Source: an uncultured Nitrososphaerota archaeon
GTDB taxonomy: Archaea > Thermoproteota > Nitrososphaeria > Nitrososphaerales > CADDZS01
NCBI GenBank assembly: GCA_963799845.1
Contig: CAWCYI010000006.1
Location: 480,001-544,000 of the forward strand
DNA length: 64,000 bases
Direction of reading: 5' to 3'
Shown here: positions 30,379 to 39,510 of the stretch, piece after piece
Numbering within the stretch: the first letter of the stretch is position 1
Layout: each line of letters begins with the position of its first letter
The notes under the pieces: generated by a model
Databases searched by the model: none
What the model was told of the DNA's origin: nothing
The model's input: only the letters and a program-made list of their open reading frames with translations
Made by a program: the position numbers and the translations under genes

Positions 30379-31278
30379 TTGTCATCTGCGCAAGTTGCTG
30401 CCAAAGCGATCAAAGACTTGGAACCTGAGGACTGGGCTGTTTTACACGCCATTGAAAAATCTATTTCAGATCATGAATCCGTTCCGATAAAATTGATCGA
30501 ACGAGACAGTATGCTCCATCGCGATCAGGTAGAGTTCAGGCTGGGGCGCTTAAACTACATCGGATTCGTTATGAGGACTAGATTCGGCTATATTATGAAT
30601 ACGGCCGGGCTGGACGTTCTCGCCCTAAATTCATTCGTGAAGAAAAACCTTGTCTCTGGTATGGGGAGATCCATCGGCATGGGAAAGGAATCGGACGTGT
30701 ATGAGGTCATTAATGAAAGCGGGAGACAGCTGGTCATCAAATTCTATAGAATAGGTCGGATTAGTTTCAGATCTACGAGACGATCCAGGTCGTACATGAA
30801 TCCGCAAAATCAGCATCAGTGGCTGGCGATAAACGTAGGCGCGGCACAGATAGAGGCACTCGGCTTGAAACAAGCAAGAGACGCAGGGGTCACCGTACCC
30901 GAACTAGTTGCGAGAGACAGACACGCAGTCCTGATGTCAGAAATACCCGGTGCAATGCTGTTCAAATGTACGAGAGAAGATATCAAGAGACCAAAGCAGC
31001 TGTTAAGAAAAATCCTCGAGAATATCAGGAAGGCCTACAAGGCTGACATGATAAACGGAGACATTAGCGAATTCAACATACTGTATGATGGGGTAAAGCC
31101 GTGGATTATCGATTGGCCCCAGTTTGTACCAACAACTCACGCCAACGCAAAAGAGATGCTCAGGAGGGACGTGGAGAATTCGATCTTGTTTTTCACGAGA
31201 AAGTTTGACTTTGTGGCTTCAATTGATGATGCTGTTTCGTATGTAAGCGGTCAAATCGACAAAGTAAAGATTTCCTAA
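30379..31278 (+). CDS. rio2: RIO2-type serine/threonine kinase
   Basis: N-terminal wHTH, GMGKESDVY, GDISEFN, IDWPQ. Confidence 0.9.
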   Translation: MSSAQVAAKAIKDLEPEDWAVLHAIEKSISDHESVPIKLIERDSMLHRDQVEFRLGRLNYIGFVMRTRFGYIMNTAGLDVLALNSFVKKNLVSGMGRSIGMGKESDVYEVINESGRQLVIKFYRIGRISFRSTRRSRSYMNPQNQHQWLAINVGAAQIEALGLKQARDAGVTVPELVARDRHAVLMSEIPGAMLFKCTREDIKRPKQLLRKILENIRKAYKADMINGDISEFNILYDGVKPWIIDWPQFVPTTHANAKEMLRRDVENSILFFTRKFDFVASIDDAVSYVSGQIDKVKIS

Positions 31279-31520
31279 ACTTGGAAACCGCTGGCGATTT
31301 TGATGAAAAGAACGTTGTTACCCCGGATCACGACTTTACCATAGTTGGCAGAAGGATTTCCGCCACTGTATTCGGTTGCGTCGACTAGAATTACATTCAT
31401 GTACGGATCTACGTTAGTCATTTTGCCGCGATACTCAAGATCCATCTTCAACCGTACTGATACTTCTTTGTTGATGGCCTTTTGCAACACGTTCAGCGGC
31501 CTTTTTCCCTGCTGCGACAC
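31275..31520 (-). CDS. Sm-like (Lsm/SmAP) protein
   Basis: Sm1 motif YRGKMTNVDPYMNVIL and Sm2 motif IRGNNV. Confidence 0.93.
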   Translation of the reverse strand: MSQQGKRPLNVLQKAINKEVSVRLKMDLEYRGKMTNVDPYMNVILVDATEYSGGNPSANYGKVVIRGNNVLFIKIASGFQV

Positions 31521-31652
31521 CGGCTAATCCTTGAGCCGGCTTTCTTCGAATTCCGAGATAAAAACCTATCCGGCTATATTTTACCTGCAGCGCCAACTTT
31601 GAAATTTAAGCGATCCTGAATGGATGCTACTTCGGCCTGAGGCAAAATCGCG

Positions 31653-32394
31653 TTGAACAATTCAGAAGAACCGACTGACGAATTCTCATTCACTCGTCGT
31701 TTAATCCCGAGAATTACAACCGGGTCATTGGTGTTTGATTCACTGTTAGGCGGAGGTCTCCCTGTCTGCTGTGTTGTTGATGTTTTTGGAGCAGCTGGCA
31801 CTGGGAAGACTCAGTTCTGTTTTCAAAATATTGTAACTACATCTCATTTCCTCAACAGATTTGATCAGGAAGGCACGAAAGTCTGTCTTCGTTGATTGCT
31901 CTGGGTCCTTCAGACCCGAGAGGATAGTCGAGATCGCAGAGAATCGTTCATTGGGTTCTGCGAAGATTTTAGATAATATATCAACTATTTCTGCAAGGAG
32001 CTCTGCAGAACAGTTTGAGATAAGTCGAAAGATTGGGACCGAACCTTCTTTTTCGAAGTGCAGACTGGTGATAGTTGACGACATCACTACCAATTTCGTC
32101 TCGGATTATCCTAAGGAAAGTGAAATCCCCGCGAGACAGAGGGCACTGTCTCTGTACGCGCGAGGCTTGTCTTACATTGCGAACAAGAAAGGGGTGTCGG
32201 TCCTTTTGACCAATTCTGTTAGATCAAGAGGAGATCTTGGGGAGGGCGAAACGACCGGAGAGGTATTATCAGAATTCGCCCTTTACAGGCTGCACTTTTC
32301 AAGAATAGACAGGCAACGACTCGCGACTCTAGTCCAGCCGAGTCTATCAAAGCAACAAATCATTTTCGAGATTAATCAATCTGGTATTATCTAG
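31653..32394 (+). pseudogene. RadA paralog (RadB/aRadC-like), +1 frameshift near 31880
   Basis: GAAGTGKTQ in ORF1, VFVDCSGSFRPER in ORF2; removing one base at gtcTgtc restores KVVFVD. Confidence 0.8.
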
Positions 32395-32804
32395 ATGTGG
32401 CAAGCACTGAATAGAACACAATAGTTGTAAGTGTTAAACAAAATCCAAGTAAAAATGAACATCATGATGTACGTTCCTATTCCCTGCGTGAAGAGTCTGT
32501 TCTTGTCTTTTGGTGCTATTCCTTTCAGGATTGTGTATTTCGCGAAATAGTATGACAGAAAGTAGATGACTATGGCAATGTAGATGCCATAGTAAGCGTT
32601 CGGATTTACAATAATTTGATTCGTGTTGTTTACGACAGATGAGGAGTTTACAATGGGCGTCACAAGTCCAAGAATTCCAGAAAGAAATCCACCTAGTGCC
32701 CCAAAACCCACTCTATACCAAGCCAACTGGCCCAGCCTTTGCCTCTGTACAGATGGGTCAAGTGAAGGAGCGGACGGAACGGCGTTTTTGGAAGGTCGAG
32801 ACAA
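32391..32804 (-). CDS. 3-TM membrane protein, EMC6-like
   Basis: WYR...GFLSGILG...GIGTYIMMFIFTWILF pattern resembles EMC6/Rab5ip. Confidence 0.55.
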   Translation of the reverse strand: MSRPSKNAVPSAPSLDPSVQRQRLGQLAWYRVGFGALGGFLSGILGLVTPIVNSSSVVNNTNQIIVNPNAYYGIYIAIVIYFLSYYFAKYTILKGIAPKDKNRLFTQGIGTYIMMFIFTWILFNTYNYCVLFSACHI

Positions 32805-32954
32805 CTTAATTCATCTTTTGAAAATGGATCCTATTTGATCGTATGCCCAACCGATTATCGGGATTTTCAAAAGAGAAAGTGCTCGACATCTTTTTAGGGT
32901 TTCGGTTCTTTTCTGGTAATTCTCTCTGTAAATAAGCGTGGAACGATATTTCTT

Positions 32955-35012
32955 ATGGAAATTTCAGCGATCGAAATTCATCTACTTTGCAAAAAAATTT
33001 CCGAATCCGTATCTGACTATTTTGTAAGCGGAATTTATTCGATGGAGCAAGGTGCAATGATAAGGCTCAATCATTCGTCAAAGCCCGAGAAGTTGGTTGC
33101 AATTTCGTCTTTCGCCAATTGGATCACGACGAAGAACCTCACGATATCCCAGGCAACAAAATTTGTTTCACGGCTTCGAGTCTTGGAGAGAGTCGGACTG
33201 CATTCTGTCGAACAGGTGGGCAATGAACGAATTGCAAGATTCTCTTTCGTAAGCAGAAAGGGAGAAAAGAGAATTTTGTACGCGGAATTTTTTTCACACG
33301 GCAATCTGATTCTGACTGACCCGGAAGCTAACGATTCGATAATTGATGTTGAAAATCCGCAAACATTTCGGCACAGGAGTCTCGTTGTGGGAGAGAAATA
33401 TGTTCTGCCTCCGACGAGGGGAATTTCGCTTCAAGATATTGACCTTCAAAAACTCCTCTCTGCGCATTCTACGGCTATTGGTGGCGCCGAATCTCTATCG
33501 GCCGTCCGGTGGTTTGGTCGAACTGTCGGGACTTCCAGAAAATTTGTTGAAGAAATATTCTTTAGAGCAAATGTCGATCCAGAGACTCCTGCAAAGTCGC
33601 TGCTTCTAGACGATTTGCATTCCCTCGCAGATGCTTGTGATCGACTAAGGTCCGACCTTCAAATCAGCGACACCGGTTACATCTTGGTCCCGAATGAAGA
33701 CAGCGATTTGGATATTGATGTCTGTCAGATAGTTCCCAATTCTTGGAAAACACTTTCCGAGCAGGGACTCGCGACAATCCGTGCTTTTCCCAGCCTAAGT
33801 GAGGCGCTCGATGAAGTTCAGGTCCAGTCATTGGTTCTTGATAGAAAGAGATTCGTTTCCAAAAAGGCTCGCGCAAAGGCCTCCGAGCTCGCTTCCGCGA
33901 TTGCAAAACAAGCCTCCCAGATTGAACTAAACAAGGCGTGGGCGAGTGAATTGAGGGAGGAGGCAAAGAGGCTCATGTCTCTCGGACTCCCAACTGTCGG
34001 TCCGGAAAGCGAAATTGCGGGAAAATTGAAGTCGTACGATTTGATCGAGGTCTCGGAGAACTCTGGAAATCAAGCGCGATTCGTGACGGAGCCAAGGTCC
34101 TTTCTCAAATCGTACTCCGGGACCGCGCTGGCATCAAGATTGTTTGACGAGGCAAAACGTATGGACTCGGAGACGCGCAGCTTGGAGAAAATTATGCTCG
34201 AGTTGGAGGACCAAAAGGGAGACCTACTCGAAAAGACGAGGACGCAAGAAGAAAAAGCAGAAAGAAAAATGGTCACCGAGCGTCGCGAGAGACAGTGGTT
34301 CGAGAGGTACAGGTGGTTTGTCACTTCAAACGGAAAGCTCGCGCTTGGAGGGAGGGACAGCACTTCAAACAGCATAGTCGTCAACAAGTACGTGACAAAG
34401 AATGACATCGTATTCCACGCTGATCTGCACGGCTCACCTTTTTTCGTTTTGCGAAATAGGGATCAGCAATCCACACCACCGTCAGACGACGTTGCTCTGG
34501 AAATGTCTCAAGCAACGGTTGGATTTAGTCGAGCTTGGAAGGACGAACTTGGCTCGGCCGATGCTTATTGGGTTTATCCCGACCAGATAAAGAAGGGAGC
34601 TCCATCCGGCGAATATCTCCCGCGCGGTTCATTTTTCATCGAGGGGAAAAAGAATTTTGTGCGTCACGTCAAAGTAGAACTTTCGGTCGGAATAATGTCA
34701 AGTTCCGACCTTCCTGAGGGCGACGGTAAAGGCCTAGAGGATTCGAACGAAGAGAAGCCGGCGGATGTCAGCGAGCTTCTGGTTGTTTGCGGGCCCGAAA
34801 AGTCAATTGCAAATTACTGCTATTCGACTGTTCGGATCGCCCCTGGAAAGGAGAAGGCGAGCTATTTTGCAAAGCGGCTGAAACAGCAACTTGTCAACAA
34901 GATAAAAGAATCTGAAGTGAAAGAGTCGAGCAAGAAACTGCAACTTGATGATATCATGAGAGCCCTACCGTCGGGGACGTACAAATTCGTCGCAGAGAAA
35001 CAAAACAATTAA
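32955..35012 (+). CDS. rqcH: Ribosome rescue factor Rqc2/NEMF (NFACT)
   Basis: EFFSHGNLIL, WFERYRWF, GGRD, FHAD, GEYLPRGSF. Confidence 0.92.
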   Translation: MEISAIEIHLLCKKISESVSDYFVSGIYSMEQGAMIRLNHSSKPEKLVAISSFANWITTKNLTISQATKFVSRLRVLERVGLHSVEQVGNERIARFSFVSRKGEKRILYAEFFSHGNLILTDPEANDSIIDVENPQTFRHRSLVVGEKYVLPPTRGISLQDIDLQKLLSAHSTAIGGAESLSAVRWFGRTVGTSRKFVEEIFFRANVDPETPAKSLLLDDLHSLADACDRLRSDLQISDTGYILVPNEDSDLDIDVCQIVPNSWKTLSEQGLATIRAFPSLSEALDEVQVQSLVLDRKRFVSKKARAKASELASAIAKQASQIELNKAWASELREEAKRLMSLGLPTVGPESEIAGKLKSYDLIEVSENSGNQARFVTEPRSFLKSYSGTALASRLFDEAKRMDSETRSLEKIMLELEDQKGDLLEKTRTQEEKAERKMVTERRERQWFERYRWFVTSNGKLALGGRDSTSNSIVVNKYVTKNDIVFHADLHGSPFFVLRNRDQQSTPPSDDVALEMSQATVGFSRAWKDELGSADAYWVYPDQIKKGAPSGEYLPRGSFFIEGKKNFVRHVKVELSVGIMSSSDLPEGDGKGLEDSNEEKPADVSELLVVCGPEKSIANYCYSTVRIAPGKEKASYFAKRLKQQLVNKIKESEVKESSKKLQLDDIMRALPSGTYKFVAEKQNN

Positions 35013-35058
35013 GAGCGCTAAGGTCAGCTGATCATTAGCTAGTCAGGCGACAAGTGCC

Positions 35059-35661
35059 ATGCCCTCCAAATTTTCTTCATCGGTGAGGACTAGAGTTCTC
35101 GTCCGCGAAGTGATGAACAGTCCAGTCATAACAGCAGATCCCGACGAGTCGATTAAACAGGTTTCCGAAAAAATGACCGCCTCGAAAGCAGGGAGCGTAG
35201 TCATAACCAAAAACGAGCGACCCATCGGAATAGTCACCGACGGGGATATAGTAACAAAAGTGGTTAGCATGGATTCCAAGCCTAGTTCAGTCAGGGCCGA
35301 GGATGTCATGTCAAAGCCTTTGTACACAATCGAAAGCGAGAGGGAAATTATTGAAGCAGCACGGGTGATGAGAAAGTTTGGAATTAAGAGGCTGGGTGTA
35401 AACTACAAAAACAGTCTCGTCGGGATTATCTCCATTTCTGACATCCTTGCTATCACGCCCGAGCTTTTCGACATAATTTCGGAAAAGGCGATGATCATGA
35501 CTGGTCAGGCCTCAAAAGAGCCCGCGTTCCTCGCCGGATACTGCGATTCCTGCAATCAGTGGTCCGATGGACTGCTCGAAATTGACGGCCGATTCATGTG
35601 CGAGGAATGTACCACAGGAAAAACCGAAGAAGAACTTCAGAACCCTATCGACGGGGCTTGA
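35059..35661 (+). CDS. CBS domain pair protein with a C-terminal Zn ribbon
   Basis: Tandem CBS domains; CDSC...CEEC. Confidence 0.9.
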   Translation: MPSKFSSSVRTRVLVREVMNSPVITADPDESIKQVSEKMTASKAGSVVITKNERPIGIVTDGDIVTKVVSMDSKPSSVRAEDVMSKPLYTIESEREIIEAARVMRKFGIKRLGVNYKNSLVGIISISDILAITPELFDIISEKAMIMTGQASKEPAFLAGYCDSCNQWSDGLLEIDGRFMCEECTTGKTEEELQNPIDGA

Positions 35662-35721
35662 AGTACTTTCACGATTGATCAAGCTTCCGAATTTCCGGAA
35701 AAAGAGCAACCCAGATTTCTC

Positions 35722-36174
35722 TTGGATGGGATGCTCGGCTCTCTTGCAAGAAAGCTGCGAATCCTAGGATTTGATGCCGTGTACGATCCAAAATCTGAAG
35801 ACGACGAGCTTAGAACATTGGCGATGGCAGATGGCAGAATCTTGCTTACGGGCGACTTTGAATTGTTCAAATCTGCCAAGAGATCTAACATTAACTCGAT
35901 TCTGATAGATTCTCCAAACGAGCGAGACAGACTCTTTGAAGTGCTTAAAATGTCGGGAACAACCACAATTCATACTGAGCAACTGGTTTCCAGATGTTCG
36001 CAGTGCAATGGAGAACTTTATGACACGGGTAAGATGAACAGAAACAGTCCTGTATTTTCCTGCCGAACCTGCGGCAAGAATTACTGGAAGGGAAGCCACT
36101 GGAATAAACTAAACGCATTGTTCGAGGATGTGAACGAAATGCTGCTCCAAGAACAAGAAAAAAATGATGTGTAG
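35722..36174 (+). CDS. Mut7-C RNase (PIN) domain protein
   Basis: DGMLGSLARKLRILGFD, RCSQCNG, YWKGSHW. Confidence 0.9.
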   Translation: MDGMLGSLARKLRILGFDAVYDPKSEDDELRTLAMADGRILLTGDFELFKSAKRSNINSILIDSPNERDRLFEVLKMSGTTTIHTEQLVSRCSQCNGELYDTGKMNRNSPVFSCRTCGKNYWKGSHWNKLNALFEDVNEMLLQEQEKNDV

Positions 36175-36182
36175 ATTGAAAT

Positions 36183-36812
36183 TTGAAATCTCAAAATCCC
36201 TTTGACACCACGTTCGGAGAAGAGGACGGTCCATTCCTGCTCTCAGTGACCAGAAATGTCATTTCCACATATTTGGAAACCAAGAAGAGAACGATCCCCA
36301 CTTCTTTGTTGTCCGATCCGCGCTTCAAGCAAAAAATGGGTTGCTTTGTGACTTTGAAATTAGACGATTCGGAAAAAACATTGCGGGGCTGCATTGGATT
36401 TCCCGAACCTGTATACGAGCTTTCAAAGGCTCTAACTCATGCGGGAATTGCTGCCGCGGCTGAAGATCCCAGATTCACTCCTGTAAAATCCGCAGAGCTG
36501 GAATATCTTTTGCTTGAGATCAGTTTATTGACAAAACCAGTCGAAATTACTGTAAGAGATCCCAGAGATCTCTTGAACAAAATCGAGGTTGGAATGGACG
36601 GACTGATGCTACGATGGGCGTACGGCTCGGGGCTATTGCTCCCTCAGGTTGCTACAGAATACAATTGGAGCGTTGAAGATTTTCTTTGCAACCTTAGCAT
36701 GAAGGCGGGAGCACCGCCTGATCAGTGGCTAGTTCCCGGGACCCTAGTCTATCAGTTCAGAGCCCAAGTTTTTCAAGAGAATTCACCCGGGGGACACGTG
36801 TCGATGCATTGA
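36183..36812 (+). CDS. AMMECR1 domain protein
   Basis: LRGCIG, DPRF, GLLLPQV. Confidence 0.93.
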   Translation: MKSQNPFDTTFGEEDGPFLLSVTRNVISTYLETKKRTIPTSLLSDPRFKQKMGCFVTLKLDDSEKTLRGCIGFPEPVYELSKALTHAGIAAAAEDPRFTPVKSAELEYLLLEISLLTKPVEITVRDPRDLLNKIEVGMDGLMLRWAYGSGLLLPQVATEYNWSVEDFLCNLSMKAGAPPDQWLVPGTLVYQFRAQVFQENSPGGHVSMH

Positions 36813-36988
36813 GTTTGTACTCATCACTTTCCGAATTAAGCTGGAATAATGAAATTCATGATTCCGGGGACAACCCGAATTGGTTTCGGGCTCGACGCAA
36901 CACCTTCTTACACCGTTTCAAGAGCGAATAATTCAAAAGCAGACTACGACTCGAGTGTTAATTAGATCCGGAAAAAGGAAAATTTCGA

Positions 36989-38308
36989 ATGACTGTTCAC
37001 GAAGCAACTAGACCCAAGAGTCGAACACATACCGTCGCCCAGGCTTTGGCCTCGCCAGCTGGGACCATGGTAACGATCATGGGATGGATCGCCACTAAAA
37101 GTTCGATCGGAGGGATCAAGTTCGCTTCAATCAGGGACGGTACGGGTTACATACAGGTTGCGTGCAAAAAGGACAAAGTGCCACCTCAATCTTTTGCTGA
37201 TTTCGAATCGGCGACTCGAGAATCCGCGGTTGCCGTTGAAGGTATCATTCGTGAAGACAAACGGGCGCCTGGTGGCAAGGAAATTTCCGTCACGGGATTC
37301 TGGATAATCTCGCTGGCTGAAGACTGGCCGATCACGAAGAGCGCGGTAAAATCTCTATCGTTTCTCTACGACAAGAGGCACCTTGCCATAAGGGGAAGGA
37401 AGGCGTCTGCTGTTATTCGAATTAGAGCGGAAATCGTCTATGCCGCGTTCGACCACTTTGTCAAGAATGGCTTTACTCTGATATCGGCGCCCTCCATCGT
37501 TCAAAACGCCGTCGAAGGAGGATCCACTTTGTTTGAATTAAACTACTTTGGCAAGAAGGCATATCTGAGCCAGAGCGCACAGCTCTATGAGGAAGCCGCG
37601 CTTGGAGCGCTGGGCAAGGTCTTCATCTACCAGCCCGCATTTAGAGCGGAGAAATCCAAGACAAACAAGCATCTGACTGAGTTTTGGATGATCGAGGCGG
37701 AACAGGCATTTACGGATCAGGATGACAACATGAGACTTCAGGAGAACCTTGTCAAGTCGATGGCGGAAAGGGTACGAGTGAACCGGGCTGAGGATCTCAA
37801 GACCCTGGGTCGAAGCTTCAAATTTCCGGAAGTCCCCTTTCCGAGAATAACCTACGACGAAGCAAGAGAAATCTCAATCAAAAAAGGTGTGTTATTCGAA
37901 TGGGGCGAGGATCTCCCAACAGAAGGCGAGAGATTAGTGTCAAAGGAGTTTGAAGTTCCATTCTTTGTCACCGGTTACCCTCTCACCGCTCGTTCATTTT
38001 ATCACATGACAGAAGAGACCAACGACAAAGTGACGAAATCTGCCGATCTCATTGCTCCCGAAGGCTACGGCGAAATTGCGACGGGTGGCCAGAGGATTCA
38101 CGATTATTCGCAGCTAATGGAGCGGATAGCAAGACAGGAGCTCCCAACCGAATCTTTCGAGTGGTATCTGGAACTGAGAAAATACGGTATGCCGGAGCAC
38201 TCTGGATTTGGAATAGGGGCCGAACGAACCACGAGGTGGATCTGCGGGCTGAAACACATTCGAGCAACGAGTTTGTTCCCCAGGACGATTAGCAGAGTAA
38301 AGCCCTAA
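36989..38308 (+). CDS. asnS: Asparagine-tRNA ligase
   Basis: OB fold, YLSQSAQLY, HLTEFWMIEAE, PEGYGEI, GFGIGAER. Confidence 0.88.
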   Translation: MTVHEATRPKSRTHTVAQALASPAGTMVTIMGWIATKSSIGGIKFASIRDGTGYIQVACKKDKVPPQSFADFESATRESAVAVEGIIREDKRAPGGKEISVTGFWIISLAEDWPITKSAVKSLSFLYDKRHLAIRGRKASAVIRIRAEIVYAAFDHFVKNGFTLISAPSIVQNAVEGGSTLFELNYFGKKAYLSQSAQLYEEAALGALGKVFIYQPAFRAEKSKTNKHLTEFWMIEAEQAFTDQDDNMRLQENLVKSMAERVRVNRAEDLKTLGRSFKFPEVPFPRITYDEAREISIKKGVLFEWGEDLPTEGERLVSKEFEVPFFVTGYPLTARSFYHMTEETNDKVTKSADLIAPEGYGEIATGGQRIHDYSQLMERIARQELPTESFEWYLELRKYGMPEHSGFGIGAERTTRWICGLKHIRATSLFPRTISRVKP

Positions 38309-38351
38309 TTTTGAATAAAGATTCCGAAAAGTTCTGCGTTTTGATCAGGTT

Positions 38352-39425
38352 GTGTTCCATAAATTGACAAAAGAGGAAACGAATGAATCCGACGCCACAG
38401 GGAGCTCGCCAGATCCGAGAAATGACAAGATAATTGCCAACCTTGAGATCGATGAACTTGATGGGATAGGTCCTGCAACAAAAGCGAAACTGAACGAAAT
38501 AGGAATCTCCACCGTCTTGGATTTAGCGGTAAAGTCGCCAAGCGAGGTTGCGGATGCGATTGGCTCTGATCTTGCACGCGGTACTGAGCTTTGTAGTAAA
38601 GCGAGAGCCAAGCTGGTCGAGCTGAAGTATTTCGACGATGATTTCGTATCCGCGTCCGAAATCTACAAGCGGCGGAAAGCGATAGAACGAATTTCTACAG
38701 GTTCCAGAAACTTGGACGACTTGTTAGCCGGCGGCATCGAGACCCAGGCGGTCACGGAATTTTACGGGGAATTTGGTTCCGGCAAGACCCAGATCTGCCA
38801 CACTCTGTGCGTCATGACCCAACTTCCGAAAGACCTGGGAGGATTGGGCGGGAGCGTGGTCTACGTTGATACGGAAAATACGTTTAGACCCGAACGAATC
38901 GCTGAGATTGCCCGGGCCCGCGGACAGAACTCTGACGCTATTCTGGATGGGATCATAGTCGCCAAAGCTTTCAATTCGTCTCATCAGGAATTAATACTGG
39001 GCGCGCTCGGCGCACAGATTAGAAGCCACGGAATCAGACTCGCAATCGTAGACAGCGCAGTCGCACATTACCGGGCAGAATTTCTCGGGAGAGGAACCCT
39101 TTCCGAGCGACAGCAGCGCCTGAACAGATTCATGCATACTTTAGTTAGGACAGCTGAAGTCTACAACATTGCTGTGGTTGCGACAAACCAAGTGCAATCC
39201 TCGCCGGACACTTTCTTTGGAGATCCGACAAAAGCAACCGGTGGAAATGTTGTGGCCCACACCAGCACATACAGGATCTATGCAAGAAAATCGGGAAAAA
39301 ACAGAGTCGCAAGAATGGTGGACAGTCCCTATCATGCAGAAAGAGAAGTAGTATTCGTTTTGAATGAGAGAGGAATTGACGATCCTTCGGAAGAAACCAC
39401 TTCCCGCAGACGAAGTTCAAACTGA
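38352..39425 (+). CDS. radA: DNA repair and recombination protein RadA
   Basis: HhH N-domain, GEFGSGKTQ, GRGTLSERQQ. Confidence 0.97.
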   Translation: MFHKLTKEETNESDATGSSPDPRNDKIIANLEIDELDGIGPATKAKLNEIGISTVLDLAVKSPSEVADAIGSDLARGTELCSKARAKLVELKYFDDDFVSASEIYKRRKAIERISTGSRNLDDLLAGGIETQAVTEFYGEFGSGKTQICHTLCVMTQLPKDLGGLGGSVVYVDTENTFRPERIAEIARARGQNSDAILDGIIVAKAFNSSHQELILGALGAQIRSHGIRLAIVDSAVAHYRAEFLGRGTLSERQQRLNRFMHTLVRTAEVYNIAVVATNQVQSSPDTFFGDPTKATGGNVVAHTSTYRIYARKSGKNRVARMVDSPYHAEREVVFVLNERGIDDPSEETTSRRRSSN

Positions 39426-39510
39426 GAAATTCATTGCGTGATAAAATTATTTCTGAATTACAAATTGCAAACTTTATAACGCCAATTCGGAACCTTTTTC
39501 CGAAAATGCA

